DNA of 45,353 nucleotides, counting the filler, from Catajapyx aquilonaris (lineage: Eukaryota): assembly GCA_000934665.2 (NCBI GenBank). It is 2 parts of 2 records of this genome, joined end to end, with 100 filler letters (N's around TTAATTAATTAA, not from the genome) between each part and the next. Parts side by side here need not be neighbours in the genome. Positions count along the whole stretch, not along the records: positions 1 to 22,658 come from JYFJ02005841.1; positions 22,759 to 45,353 come from JYFJ02005842.1. The stretch is one strand, 5' to 3'. The translations under genes and the position numbers were made by a program. This document shows, piece by piece, positions 20,549 through 31,820 of the stretch. The notes beneath the pieces were generated by a model. The model saw nothing but the letters and a program-made list of their open reading frames with translations, was not told where the DNA came from and made no database searches. Numbering within the stretch: position 1 is the stretch's first letter; every line of letters starts with the position of its first letter.

Positions 20549-21112
20549 CAAGGGGTGTTAGGAAAGTCTTTACACTTTATTTTTTGCCACAAATACAGGG
20601 CCTATGCATATCGGCACACATTATCGATAGAACCCTCCTGGAGCCAAATGCACTGGCACCACAGGTGTTCCAACCTCTTCAGGCCCTCCAGGAACAACTT
20701 TTTTAAGGTGTGGTGCACCCACTCCCAGACAACTGCTCCCTTCTCAGCAATGTCCTTGAAATGGTGTCGGCGAATGGTTTTTTCCATCGATCTGAATAGT
20801 TGAAAATCACTGGGGTCCAGGCCAGGGGAGTACGGGGGGTGTGGAAGCACCTGAAGCCAGATACATGGAAAATAACCCTTTGCCGATGCCATTTTTAGGA
20901 CATTGTTGACAGTTGTCTGGGAGTGAGTGCGCAGCACCTCCAAAAATGGTTCCTGGGGGGCCTGGAGTGGTGACATCCTGTGATGCCGGTGCATTCGGCT
21001 CCAGGATGGTTCCATTGATAATGTGTGCATATCTGCCGACCTGCATGAGCCCTGTCTTCGTGGCAAAAAAATAAAAAATAAAATAAAGTAAAGACTTTCC
21101 TAATGCCCCTTG
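20549..21112 (-). mobile_element. Mariner-derived MITE retaining transposase C-terminal sequence
   Basis: TA TSD; TIR caaggggtgttaggaaagtcttta / taaagactttcctaatgccccttg; ORF 20602..21066 contains VLPHPPYSPGLDPSDFQLFRSM. Confidence 0.88.
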
Positions 21113-21224
21113 TACATAGAAAATTTTAAAGTCTGTTGATAATATATTGTTTAGTACCCTGGTATGGGAGTGGATTCACAAAATAGTGCAACTTGATTCA
21201 GCGTGAGTGATTTACTCCTCTTAA

Positions 21225-22100
21225 CCCCTTGGGTCCCAGCTATACCCGCCATCACCTAGTTTTCCACTTATGAGTACTTTGAAGATACGGACAATATATT
21301 TTACACAAAATAACAGCTATACATACCGGATCAGGGAAAACACTATGAATGTGTCTGGAACAGTTTTCCTTGTCTAGAAGTCCCTAAATTAATTTCCAAA
21401 AATATTGCTGCAAAACTCGAAATTCGAGTACTTCCGGCCAACGACTTGGCTGATTTAATTATTTAAAAACATTAAGATACACAGAATAACAATATTGAAA
21501 ATAGTGCCAGACAAACTTGCTGAAATCGTACTTTGTGAGAAATAAATTATTTCTTATCTTTGTTTGGAAATCTCCTCTCGTTTGGAAATCTCCCAAATTC
21601 ATTTATTTCTCGCGAAGTACTGTGATTTCAGCAACTTCTTGTAGCAAGGTTCTCATGGTTAATATTCCGTATATTTTAACGTATTTCATAATAAAATCAG
21701 CCTAACAGTTGGCCCGCAGTTCTAGAATTTCGAGTTTTTTTACAGCGATATTTTTGGAAATTAATTTAGGAACTTCTAGAGGAGGAAAATTGTTCCAAAC
21801 ACATTCATACCATTTTCAAGGAACATATAAGTATAGCTGTTATTATTTTGTAAAATATATTGTCCTTATCTTCAGAATTCGTGTAAGGGAAAATCTAGGC
21901 AGTGGCCTAATGGTTGGCCAGTAGTACTTGAATTTCAAGTTATTACTTTTGAAAATTAATTTAGGGACTTGTAGACGATTGAAAATTGTTTCCAACGCAT
22001 TCATAGTGTAGAGCATGAACGTGTAAGTGTATCTGTTATTATTTGTGAAATATCTTGTCCTTATCTTCAGAGTAAGTGCAAGTAGTCCAGGTGCTAAGGG
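21225..22100. mobile_element. TTAA-CCCC (piggyBac-like) element with internal inverted repeat and duplicated right arm
   Basis: About 21280-21442 is the reverse complement of about 21708-21875 and again of about 21912-22070; right terminus decayed. Confidence 0.6.
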
Positions 22101-22109
22101 ACAAATTTG

Positions 22110-22658
22110 ACCCAAACTTTGCATTTTGTGACAAAAGTATGAAACTCGGTACACTTGTCCTTTGGACACTTCTGATCATATCTGGACGTGGAGCCACAAT
22201 GACCCACCCCGGTGGTGGTCCATTTCGCAGGGTTTCCATAACTACCAGATGCAGCATCCTTTTAGGACCTTGTATTGGGTGACAAAAACATGAAACTCGC
22301 CACAATTGGTCTTTGGACACTTCTGAACATGTCTGGATGTGGGGCCATGATGACTGACCCCGCTGTGGGTCACTTGCAGGGTTGCCAGATCAAACGGACC
22401 AAACATACATCTCTGCGAGGATCATGTGAATTGGGAGCTTGCATTCGGTGATAAAAACGTGAAACGCGGTACGGTGACCCACCCCGAGGGAGGGCACTAT
22501 CGCAGGGGTGCCATATCTAACAGACTGTGCAACATGCGTTTATATTTTGATAGGGAGCTTGCATTCGGTGACAAAGCCATAAAACTTGGTACGTTAGTTC
22601 TTTGGACACTTCCGAACATATCTGGACGTGGAGCCACGATGACCCACCCCGAGGGAGG
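22110..22658 (+). repeat. Imperfect tandem repeat (about 120-150-bp units) running into the assembly gap
   Basis: Repeated tgacaaaa..atgaaactcggtac...tttggacacttc.ga.catatctggacgtggagccac.atgacccacccc. Confidence 0.75.
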
Positions 22659-22758
22659 NNNNNNNNNNNNNNNNNNNNNNNNNNNNNNNNNNNNNNNNNN
22701 NNTTAATTAATTAANNNNNNNNNNNNNNNNNNNNNNNNNNNNNNNNNNNNNNNNNNNN
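22659..22758. other. Artificial contig or scaffold spacer N44-TTAATTAATTAA-N44
   Basis: Exactly 100 nt, with the six-frame-stop 12-mer centred at 22703-22714. Confidence 0.95.
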
Positions 22759-25700
22759 TGTTTCGGCACCCCCCCCTCCCCCCCCCCCGGACATTGTAGG
22801 TCTGTCCCCTTTTTTTTGTGTAAAAACTCCAGTTGATGAGCCCAAGAGGCGTGTGCTTTTCCCTCTAGAGTTGGAGGAGCCAAGGATGGGTCTTAATCCG
22901 GTAATTAGAGCGTTGTTAAGGCACTTCTGGGCGGAATTAATTCGGACGAGTCGTGCTGGGCTCCGTTTCAATATCCGGAACAAATGGGGACGGAGGCGCC
23001 GCTTCAGATTAGCGCCGGCCCTCCTAATAGGGCATTATGATCCATTTCGATGCAAATAGACGGTGGGATGAGACAGGGAAAGCGTGTAGGGAGTAAAAAG
23101 GACATTGAAGATCTAAGCTGGCACCCCCCCCTCCCCTCCATCCAAATTCGTTGTCATAGTTGGAATTTATACAGGCTCAGATTAAGATTTTCATTGTGGA
23201 GGACGCGTGTCGTTGGCTTTATAGGAGGTTGGGGCATGGGTTGGATTAAGGTTTGCACTCCGGGACATCTGGGTGGAACGCACCTGCTGTTGAGACATCT
23301 TCCGACGCACTATGTAGAGTTCATGTTGCTATGTGCTTGACAAATGAGTTATAAGTTGTACGGTGCATGTGAAGTACAGCTCACCTCAATTGGGCATGAT
23401 GGTTCTGGTGGTTGACACATGCATACTAACAGTAGTGGTGGCTCCTGGTGTGTTTGAGGGACTTTGGGACTCATTGTGTTCTTTGTTGTGTGTTTCAGGA
23501 GGGGAGGAACCGCCCTCCGAAGAAGAGCATATACATCCAAGTGCTCTTCTCCACCTTTGGCATCAATAGGATGTCAGTATGCATTTGGTCCTCGCTCATT
23601 GGCCTGCTCTACTGGAAGCTGAGGGGGGGATTCCGGTAAATCAAGGCGCTCAAGTGGATTGCATTTTGAGATGTTTCCAACTTTGCACTGTGACTCAGTG
23701 GTTGGGCACCTCCTTTGCTTCAAGATGAAACAGCTTTCATTAGTTTCAATGATTTTATGAGTAATCAATTGCCATTTTGATTGTTTTTTTTGAAAGAGGG
23801 TTTTCTCAATTATTAGTTCATTTCAGTGCCAATGTTTGCAGTATTTTTTATGTATTCATGTCGTTCCAAGGTGAACATTTTAAACTTTTTCTTCGCTATT
23901 TAATCCCACTGTTTTCTTGTCTCATAATTTTCTGTGTTTTGTAATTATTATTATAATATTTTACAGAATATTCAATTTGCGTGAGTGTTCTTGATTGTAC
24001 TCTTGATGAGTTTCTCTGTAATTTTTTAAAACTTATGTTTGCCCTTTTTGAACAGCTCATTATTATTTAGTCAAAAAGAGGCCCTGTTGATGCTAAGAGA
24101 CAGAGCAGAATGTCAAAGGAGTGCAGTTGTGATTGTACATTAATGTGTAATGCCTGGAAACATTATATTCGGAATAACCGTCAATGTAGCAACTTGTCAG
24201 TGGGGTCACAGAGTCAGAATGGATCTACAAACATTTTGTTACCACAGGTAAAATCACGTACTTAAACCCCTTTGGGCATGATTGACCTAGGGTGCATTAG
24301 TAAAAGGACATATATCAACAGGATTTCCACCTGACATGTGCCCCTTTACTGTTGTATCCTGGAATGAGCAATTATTGGGAGTGGTTCCCGCTTTCAAGTT
24401 GCTGATGTAAATACGTTACAATGTAAGGCCATGTTCTGCAGATTACATGGCGAAGAAGCGTGGTCTGGTTGGTCTGAACGAGCAGGCATGTCGTTCAGCC
24501 CCAACGTTCATTCCAAGCTCATCTTTTCTAGCCATGAAATCTCCACTCATCAAAGCAAACTTGTGATTCGTACAGGCCAACGATGGGGCTTGTATCTGAA
24601 TGATCTCATAATTATAATTTTAAGAACTTTAATTTTTGCCCGCTAGTCAGGTAGTTTAAAAAAACAAAAAAGAAGTAAAAAAAATAAACGCCTGAACAGT
24701 TCGGCTGCAAAGTGGTTTTTTTATAAAATGGGAATTTGTGTTGGAAGATGCTCACATTTGCCCACAGTTGCATGAATTGTAAGAACTGAACAGCCACTGG
24801 CACTGCCGAAGAAGTTTCATGCCTTCAAATGTTATTCTAATTATCCATATTATTATCTTTATTATGATTATTCTAATTATTACTGCTGTATTATTTAAGG
24901 CTTTGAAAAGAAGAAGGCACTCAGTCAGTTTGGTTCACGTTTGGTTTATGGGCGGATGCACTGACTTGCAATTCGTCATATGCATCTATCTGTCGGTAAG
25001 CTTTACTTGAACTGAACAGACTTAGTAACTCCTTCTTCATTTCAACTCCTGGTTTGATAAAGAAAAAAAAAATGCTGGAAACTGTGCTGTTGTTTGTTGT
25101 GAGGCAGCTCATAGCTGTCCAGTTTGCAAGGTGTCATCAGGGACTTTGGTTTAGTTGGTACAGTAGTTGGCTAGAGACCAGTAATAGTACTATAGTATTG
25201 GATGGTTTGGATTTTTGTAGTGTTCAGTCAGTGGATTCGTCCAGTTTTTGGCACAAGTCAGCAAGAACTTGAGACATTCCTTATGTTGCACCACCAACAT
25301 TGGAAGCTATGTGTAACGCTATGTGATGCAAAGTGTATGTTTTGCAGAGGTGAAAAAAAAAATATTTTGTTGGAAGCCATTTTTCATGATAGTTTCAATG
25401 AAAATGATGCATTGCCATGCTGCCTTCGCATCCTTGGAATGTTTAAAAAGTTCACGGTTCCTATTCAGAAACAAGTGTAAAGAAATCCACGTTGTAGGGC
25501 AAAAATTGTCAGGGTATAATTTAGTTTGTAGAATTTGAGCATTGTTGTAGTTTTGCTTTAATTTTTCCCCCTTGGAATTACTTCTGTGGTTTTTTTGTTT
25601 TGTTTTTTTAACGAATGTTATTCCACTGATACTAAAGAAAATACCAAAATGATTGTTCATTGTGATATTTTAGTATGAGATTGTCGTTTTTATCATACAG

Positions 25701-26655
25701 TAACTCACATAATTTCACGATATTGACTTGTTTGGCTAATTATAAAACAACATTATTATTTTGTGCTTTTATGTTGTTGCAAAGTCATTACCACCTGCCA
25801 ATGGCTACCGACTGAAAAGGAACAAGACTACTATTACATTCCGAGAGATTGAAAAAAAGGGAAACAAATGCCTGTCGTTCGGGAACAACATGCCAAAGTA
25901 CTTTTTTGAAGTCAAACAGTTAATAAATAGTGCAGGTACGACGACTCTTTGGTCACCTTTTTGTAAAAGTAATAAATGCATCGAGCAATATTTTTCATTA
26001 TAACCATATTTTACAATAATATAATGTGACGTGGACAGTTAATGTCATCAGTCTCAAAGAGTATTCTGGGGGAATATATTATTTTTGGATTGAGGCAATA
26101 GGTAGAGGTGTTTTCTCTGGATTATTTTCTTTGTATTATGGTAAAGTGCATTGTATGGGCAGTTTTTACATGCATATAGGTTTAAAGTAAGTAAGAGCTG
26201 TGTAGTGATACCAAAAGCATTTTGTGGTATAGCTATGCTGAAATACCCAAAAGTCTTTCATTTGTACAGTTTTACATTTTTATATAATTTTGGATCAGTG
26301 AACGTAAATATATGATTAAAATCAGTCCAAAACAGTTGTTGTTATTACATATTCTGTTTCAGCTGCACCTGTATTTGTCCAGCCAATCACATCGTGTAAG
26401 GATAATGATCAAGGTAAAGTTTTTGACTTGCAGATCCAGTATCAACTACAACTGTACGGCCAACGTGTAGTGAGGGCATGGTAATATCGAATCACTTAGA
26501 CCTGTCTATTTTCACCTTGAGGGCATGTAAAGCGTCAGAACAGGATTGGTGGGATGGCTAGAGTGGGTGGCCATACTGGATCACCCCCGTGAGGGCCTCA
26601 CGACAAGGGCTAACACTCTTCAAGGGGTTAGCAACTTCCACTGCAAGTGTAGTAT

Positions 26656-27329
26656 GTTAGGCTCAAACCCCGAAAACGGCCACCGGCCGCAAAAAACGAC
26701 CGTACCTAGGTCTGGTCGCCTTTGGCACAGCCAGACCTAGGTCTGGTCATTTCCAAACAAGCCAGAACTAGGTGTGGTCGTTTTCAAACAGCCACAGCTA
26801 GTTCTGGTCGTTCCTGCTTATAATATACTAGCTGCCATACCCGGCGTTGCTATAGGGAAGAAATGAATGGAAAGAAAGCTGAATAGGACAGGCAAAAAAT
26901 ATATATATGTAATTAAGAATCTTAATTAAAGGAAGGCCGGGTCGGAAGGACGGGAGAGGTTGGAGGTGTAGGAGACGGACCACAGATGGCAGGCAAATGA
27001 CGGTTGGCGTTCCAGGCGGACAGACAGACAGACAGATCACAAACGGCTTATATACAAGTAGATGCAGGTGATGGTGCGATGGATGGAGCCCTTTGTGTTG
27101 GTGTGGTTGTGGGGCTTTGGGGTGACCGCACCAGGGCTGTCCTTTGTTGTGGCCCCGAACTTGGAACACCCTGTATTAATAAGCAGCAGGAACGACCAGA
27201 ACTATAGATCTGTGGCTGTTTGAAAACGACCAGACCTAGGTATGGCTGGTTTGAAAACGACGACACCTAGGTCGTCTGTCTGTGTCGGTTTTTTTCGGCC
27301 AATGGTCGTTTTCGGGGTTTGAGCCTAAC
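26656..27329. mobile_element. Unclassified inverted-repeat element built of gaccagaactag / cctaggtctggtc units
   Basis: gttaggctcaaaccccgaaaacggcc / tggtcgttttcggggtttgagcctaac arms; a related fragment lies at about 19808-19900. True termini not defined. Confidence 0.65.
26828..27062 (-). mobile_element. Non-autonomous Helitron
   Basis: On -: A|TCTACTTGTATATAAG 5' end, (CTGT)n microsatellite, 3' gcaacgccgggtatggcagCTAG|T; inserted at an AT site with no TSD. Confidence 0.85.
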
Positions 27330-27885
27330 GATTAGCATATACACTGGTTTCTGGTTGCTAACACGTTACCTGTGGTTGCCACTGGTTACTGATGGGTAAG
27401 CACTGGTTGCATGGGTGATGGTTGCTTACTAACACCAAGAGCTCTTGCTAACACTGTACACCGGACGGGTTGCTAGAAGTTGTTAACACCTTCAATGGTT
27501 AGAGGTGGATCAACACATTGATCAACCCCTTTACTGCTCCTTCCCTCATGTTGTACTCGTATTGCTGTTGGCTGTTAGTCGTAGTAAATGGTGGTGTTGC
27601 CAGATGAAGGGAGGGTACTTTCAAATCGAGATTTAGTATGCATTCGATGCCCATTATTGTAAGATAAATGTGTCAAATAAATGTAGTTTTATATATAATC
27701 AATATTAAATTTACGGGGTTTCTCCTGACATTCATTTGGAACCTTTGCGGATCAAAGTGGAGACCCGTGGAGAACGGTGGAGAGCGGTACGGCGGAGACC
27801 TCGGCGGAGACAGTGCTCCTGCTCGTACGCTGATCTGAATAACAAGGGGGTAGGCCTACTCACTCGACTGTAAAGTGTACTACAC

Positions 27886-27940
27886 CGGAGTACCAAATTC
27901 AAGGAGTACCAATGAGTACCAATGAGTACCAAGGAGTACC
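27886..27940 (+). repeat. Short tandem gagtaccaat-type repeats
   Basis: gagtacc occurs five times, four of them at 10-bp spacing. Confidence 0.6.
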
Positions 27941-30901
27941 GAAGTGATTACCCCCTTGGATCTGAATCACTGGTGAGCTACATCAGTGTAGATCTAGACA
28001 GATCTAGATAGTGGAGACCAAAGATATCTGCTATGTATACAGATATCTTTGGTGGAGACGAGGTATACAGTATAGCCTACCTCCTAGTGCAGGGCAAAAA
28101 TGGACAGGCCCGATATTCAGTTTGTTAGGTAAGGAAGGTGAGAGGTGGGGGTCTCCTCACTTCATTTTTCAGAGCCTGTTGTCCATGCTGCCTATGTATG
28201 AAATGGAATTATTATGCCTTTTTACCTCTTTTTACAGAACTGAACTCAAAACTGTTTGGAAAGGTTTCTAAGTCATGGAGTTCAGAATTACAGACCTACT
28301 GCATGCATGTTTAAAATGTTCAATATAAAAGAATGTTAAAAAGTTAAGTTTACATAATTTATGGACATGTCGAGAATGGAAGGTAATGTAAGTCAGGTTT
28401 TACCAATCTAAAATATATACCATTAAAAACGGCTAAATAAGCATAATGTCAGTGTTTCTTCCTTTGGAGCTACATATATGCAAAAATAAAATATAGAAAA
28501 AGGGGCTAAGCTGTGGTCTTAACAATTTCAAGTCTAATTAACAGCAAAGAATTAGTTACCTACGTCCACAGCAGCCAGGGTCCGCAGTTCACACCACCGA
28601 AGTGTGCTTGACACTCGACACATTGACTCACGTGTTATGACAATCATTTCCCTCTCTCCTTTTCTAAATATTATGGGAGTCCAGATTGAACGTGTCACCC
28701 TGATGCTGCCGACATTTTTTTGCCCTCCTAATCCCCCTCTGCGGGATAATCGTACTTCTCACACTTTTTCTATTTATTTTAGGCTGAAGGGTTGGAAATA
28801 AGGCCACGTGTCTTTGTTTTCCTTGGTAAAGGGGATGGTAATCAGGACTGTTGCCAGCTGAAATGACATTGGCAGCAGTTGGCAAACACGGAATCATTCA
28901 ATTAACAGTTTGTCACCATGTTTTCAGCAACTGATAGTTGCCATCTTGCCTATATTACTCTAATCGACCCCCTCGTTAGTAGTCCACTCATATGGCAAAT
29001 TCCAACATCAGTTTCGGTAAACGTGCAGCGACATTCGAAAGGAAAAGATCTGATCACAATATTTTCGTCCCATTTATTTCCTTTGAGGATCGGGACAGAA
29101 AGAAGAGGGCGGTACACCCCCCCCCCCCCGGAAAAATCGATGGAAGATGGATTCGACATCACCACGAGACAAAGGACTTCAGCCTTGCCTCGTCTTTTTG
29201 TTCCCAATTGGCAGTCTTTATTTCCTCCGTCGTGCCGCCTCGGGGACTTAATCACATAATCAATTCATGCATAAAAATAAAAAAAATTCTTCCACAGAGG
29301 TAGGGTTGCGGGGGTAAAACGGTGGATGGGCAGGGGAAGAGTGCGGTTCTTGCCCGCCAGGCATAGGGCGGTGGGGGGTGGGGGGGGGGGGAAGCCTCTA
29401 AATATCAAAAGTCTGGCAAATCCTTTTGAAGTTGGCATCCCTCTTTGCTTCCAGCAGACAAATACTTCCGGTCCAAATGACAAGTTTGCCCTTTTGGAAC
29501 AGCATTACCACACACTCGCCTGATCTTCAAAGCAGATCTAATTACCGTAACTGAACTGGTTGCTGAAGAAGTTCTTCGTAAGTTTCTTCGTGGTATGTTT
29601 CAGGCCATATTTTTTTTGCATGGTGATATGAAAGCGGATTATTATTCGGATGGTGTAGTGCGTGATTGGCAAGTGGATGTAATTCGCGAGTAATTAATTC
29701 TGTAGAGTAGGGGTTAGAGGGGGTGGGATGGTGGAGGAGGACAATGGCTGAACGACCACCTAGGGCTGCTCCTGCACTGATATTGACATATTTGATTCAA
29801 GCGGAAGGCAGTGGATGTGAAGTGTTGCCCCGAGCTGGCTATACACTCGTGCGAATTGCAGCAACAATACAGTAGGCAATTCTACCCCCCCCCCCCCCCC
29901 CCCCNTATTTTATTGCCAGACTTAGTAGGTGGTATAATATGGAGTCAAATATTCTGCATAACATTTGATAAAATTGTTGGGGGGGGGGGGCCTAATATTG
30001 ACAGCACCACGGTCACTCTCGAACGTACCGGTATCGCGTTGCAAGGATGATGAGTTAACTTTCCTCATTTGCAGGGCGTGAAATGAGTCTGGCCCCTGCT
30101 GGAATGTGCAAATGAAGTGACATGGGTAGTGTGTGGGACTTGTGGCCGGTGAGTAGACAAGAGTAGTTAGATGAGGGAATGTCCTAATGAGAGAAGAGCA
30201 GCAGGGGTGGCAAGGAAGGATCATTTCGGACGGATGCTAGGGACGTAGGGAGGTCCATTGGCTATTGGCCATTCCGGAACGTGCAGAACGTGATCATCCT
30301 AGCAAGAGATCTCTTAATCAAGGCTGCCTCCTGATTTGGAGCATGACTTTGGAATGCGTGTCTGACTCTATGCAAAGTGCTAATATAGGAAGATGCGTTT
30401 GAGATGACTATCTGCTGGGATGGTCCTGTTTATAAAGGAGAAAGGAATGAGGGGGTATGGTACAGGGGGAATTTGCATGGGGATGGGAAAGAAAGTAAAG
30501 AGATGCGCTGTCTCGGCATTGTTTTGCCGCATGTTCCGCGATGATTTTCTTATTAATGAGAACCGTGATGGTTAGAAGCTTTGACGAGGCACCCACACGC
30601 CTACAAGTCATATTATAATGACGGTAGGAATGACGTGATGATAATATTAACTTACAAGTGCAGAGAGAGTGGTTTCAAGACGTCGCGTCGCTTATTGCTG
30701 AGCCCTGAAATAAATGCGACAAAAACATAAGCATAAGGAGCTTATAATGAAAATGAGGGCATCTGCTACACGGATGTTAGACAGCAAAGTCGCATTTATG
30801 ATTCTTTTCTGAAGAAAATGTATACAAAAATTACTTTAGAAACAGAAACCCTCGTTTCCCAGTAAGTTACTCATGTGCTAAACATTGTGCCGTCTTTATA
30901 A

Positions 30902-30907
30902 TTTATT
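30902..30907 (-). terminator. Candidate polyadenylation signal AATAAA of the Gly-rich gene
   Basis: First canonical AATAAA I see downstream of the stop (about 740 nt); position only. Confidence 0.3.
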
Positions 30908-31645
30908 AGATCTTTTACATTTTCTCTAAATATTTCACATAGGCATGACAGCCTTTTGTACTGAAAGTACATTCACTGCACCTAGTATATGGACAGAACA
31001 ACAAAGGGAACAATGTTTTATCATTTGGATACTAGTATACGGACAAGATTATATCCAAAAGCCAATTTTTTTGCCGATTATACAGATTGCTGTAACAAGT
31101 GGGCCAACAGAATTGCACTATACTGTATAGTGGGTAATTCAACGAATCGTTCCAAACTGGTGTGATAGTACTGCATGTCATGAATTATGCACAGTTGTAA
31201 TTTCAATAGTTATGCCACATTTGACAGCAAGAACAGCTGTTTTGTTGAGATTCCGACTAGTAGATTTCACATGGACGGTATTAATCTTATTTAACCCTCG
31301 GTACTCCAGACCCTTTTTACTGACCCTGGGCAGGTCTGCCCGGATATGTCAGATAAGCAAAAGGTAATCCGAGCAAGAGAGGGTGCCCCACGACATGTGC
31401 TTGACTGGCCAAGTCAACAGTTTGGATCGATTTGTGTATTGGCAAAAAAATAAGGTAAATGGAAACAGCTCGTGAAGAACATTTTGTTCCCAACCGTACC
31501 TGTATGTTGGTACATATTCCATTGTTGTAAGTAGCTAGAAAAAAAACTCAGATAATATTGGGCACTGAGTAGCGTTGTTACTGTCCGATAGAGAGTCAAC
31601 AAAACTTTATAACAAAAACTGATATCACAGATATGAGCGCAAGTG

Positions 31646-31820
31646 TCATATATGCACGTCTTTTAATATCTTGATGATTTGATGAGCCCCATAAGGGCAA
31701 TGGGAGTAGACTTTCACGCACATTCTTGGATCCTTTGTTTGGAATCCTAACGACGTTGCTTGAATGTAAGTCATCTTGGCTGGACTCATTTTAGCTGGGT
31801 ATTTTCCTTTCATTTGTCCG
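31646..31820 (-). CDS. Gly-rich precursor, exon 3 (GQMKGK...CVKVYSHCPYGAHQIIKILKDVHI*)
   Basis: Phase-2 tttcag acceptor inside ORF 31646..31834; supplies the second Cys pair of the domain. Confidence 0.82.

Noticed and set aside
20602..21066. Intact or domesticated mariner transposase gene
   Set aside because: Only the C-terminal fragment is present, preceded by an inverted copy of the element end; no DNA-binding domain or first catalytic residues.
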